From positions 1-44,787 of the IMG/VR virus record IMGVR_UViG_3300031965_000057: a stretch of 44,787 bases of DNA; one strand, written 5' to 3'. The notes under the pieces are model-generated. The model worked only from the letters and a program-made list of their open reading frames with translations, made no database searches and had not been told where the DNA came from. Positions 43,800 to 44,787 of this stretch are shown one piece after another. Numbering within the stretch: position 1 is the stretch's first letter; the number at the start of each line of letters is the position of its first letter. The translations under genes and the position numbers were made by a program. The DNA is from a virus. Lineage: Duplodnaviria; Caudoviricetes.

Positions 43800-44324
43800 A
43801 TGCTGACAATCCCACAACTCCGCACCGTCATCCGCGAAATGACCCTCGTTGCCCGCGCGTGCCGGGCGAACCCCCGGTTCTGCATGGATGACTTTGAGTA
43901 CCCGGCGGACGACGCGCATCCCTGCCGCACGCCCATGTGTATCGCTGGGCACGCGAAACACGTGCTTGGGCTGGAGTGGTGGCTACCGGAAGTGATAGCC
44001 TCCCGCCTGCATCTTCCGCATCGCTGGGCGCGGCATCTGTTCGTCGGCTTTGGACAACAGATATTAACCGTCGAGAAAACCGGCTTGGCCCCGTGGTGGA
44101 TTTACAACTATGGCGTCGATCTCGACGAACGCTGCCTGCGCGCCTTCGAGAACGTCATCGCTTTCCGCCGCCGCCAGCTTGCCGTGCTGGAAGTCGAATC
44201 CGGCGGCTGGGGCCGCCAACTGCCCGCCCGCGATTTGCCTGTCGGAATAGAGCGCGAAAAGCAGGTGCTCGCAGATGTACTTGATGCGCTGGCTCAGGAT
44301 GCGGAGGTGGCCCATGCCCAGTGA
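43800..44324 (+). CDS. Hypothetical early protein
   Basis: GAGAGGA ribosome-binding site; FCMDDF...CRTPMCIAGH motif seen in phage early proteins. Confidence 0.7.
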   Translation: MLTIPQLRTVIREMTLVARACRANPRFCMDDFEYPADDAHPCRTPMCIAGHAKHVLGLEWWLPEVIASRLHLPHRWARHLFVGFGQQILTVEKTGLAPWWIYNYGVDLDERCLRAFENVIAFRRRQLAVLEVESGGWGRQLPARDLPVGIEREKQVLADVLDALAQDAEVAHAQ

Positions 44325-44715
44325 CATCTTCCCGCAATACCTCGTCGACAATATTTATACGGGGTTTAAGGACGGTTGTATTGTTCTGATGCTGCGAGTA
44401 GGAGACGAACAACGCATTGTTATGGAGCACGAAATATTTGACGCCCTGGTCCGCTACGGGGAGAAGCGGTACGGCGAGCAAAAGAACGAACCCGCACGGA
44501 AACTTCCTAGCCTGTGGCTCCACTACTTCGGCCTGATGGCCCAGGCTGAGTTTCATTCAAGCGCGTTTCTCGACGCACCGGCGGAGGCGCTGATAATAGC
44601 CGCTGAGGAAGCGGGGCGCACGACCCAGCAGCAGATTGCCCACAACGCCGGACGACTGGCCGACGCGATGATGGCGGAAATACACCGGCGAGAACAGGAG
44701 GCGGCAGGTGAGTGA
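44314..44715 (+). CDS. Hypothetical early protein
   Basis: GGAGG ribosome-binding site; YFGLMAQ...AGRLADAMMAE resembles a common phage ADAML motif. Confidence 0.65.
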   Translation: MPSDIFPQYLVDNIYTGFKDGCIVLMLRVGDEQRIVMEHEIFDALVRYGEKRYGEQKNEPARKLPSLWLHYFGLMAQAEFHSSAFLDAPAEALIIAAEEAGRTTQQQIAHNAGRLADAMMAEIHRREQEAAGE

Positions 44716-44787
44716 CCCCATTCTCGACGACATGCAGCAGAAAGACGACCGCGAACGCGCCGGCCTCACCGACGACTGGCCGGAGGA
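44685..44787 (+). repeat. Terminal direct repeat / assembly overlap, copy 2
   Basis: Identical to 1-103. Confidence 0.97.

Larger units (their letters stand above)
1..44787. mobile_element. Complete circularly assembled bacteriophage genome (Caudoviricetes, podovirus-like organisation)
   Basis: Terminase, portal, scaffold, capsid, DnaB and RecE-like genes are present, the ends overlap by 103 bp, and there are no host housekeeping genes. Confidence 0.95.

Noticed and set aside
1-44787. tRNA or tmRNA genes
   Set aside because: I found no cloverleaf with a T-loop GTTCRA in the intergenic gaps by eye. A tRNAscan-SE/ARAGORN run would settle this.

Overview
The window is an apparently complete, circularly assembled dsDNA tailed-phage genome. 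Bases 1-103 are identical to 44685-44787, giving a unit length of about 44,684 bp. It is GC-rich and has a podovirus-type gene set (terminase, P22-like portal, scaffold, major capsid protein, adaptor, three large ejection-type proteins) with no recognisable tape measure, tail tube or sheath. Two arms diverge from an AT-rich control region near 42.8-43.05 kb and converge at 19.62 kb. The + arm carries small early genes, a 15-aa-repeat protein, a CsrA-like regulator, a RecE-like exonuclease plus putative annealing protein, a DnaB helicase, a glycan-tailoring cluster (glycosyltransferases, sulfotransferase, SAM methyltransferase, radical SAM) and the Pro/Thr/Ala-rich ejection-type proteins. The - arm carries a replication-initiator-like gene, an HNH nuclease, a Dam-like methylase, a u-spanin-like lipoprotein, a minimal sterol-desaturase/fatty-acid-hydroxylase gene between 25-bp direct repeats, the packaging and head genes, Cys-rich virion proteins and a tandem DUF115/Maf-like transferase. 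I could not recognise an integrase, repressor, endolysin, tRNA or CRISPR array. A Planctomycetota host is a guess from protein style. The best candidate for an undescribed system is the distributed glycosylation/sulfation/methylation/radical-SAM pathway, plausibly aimed at virion proteins or the host surface. All functional calls come from motif recognition by eye; no searches were run.
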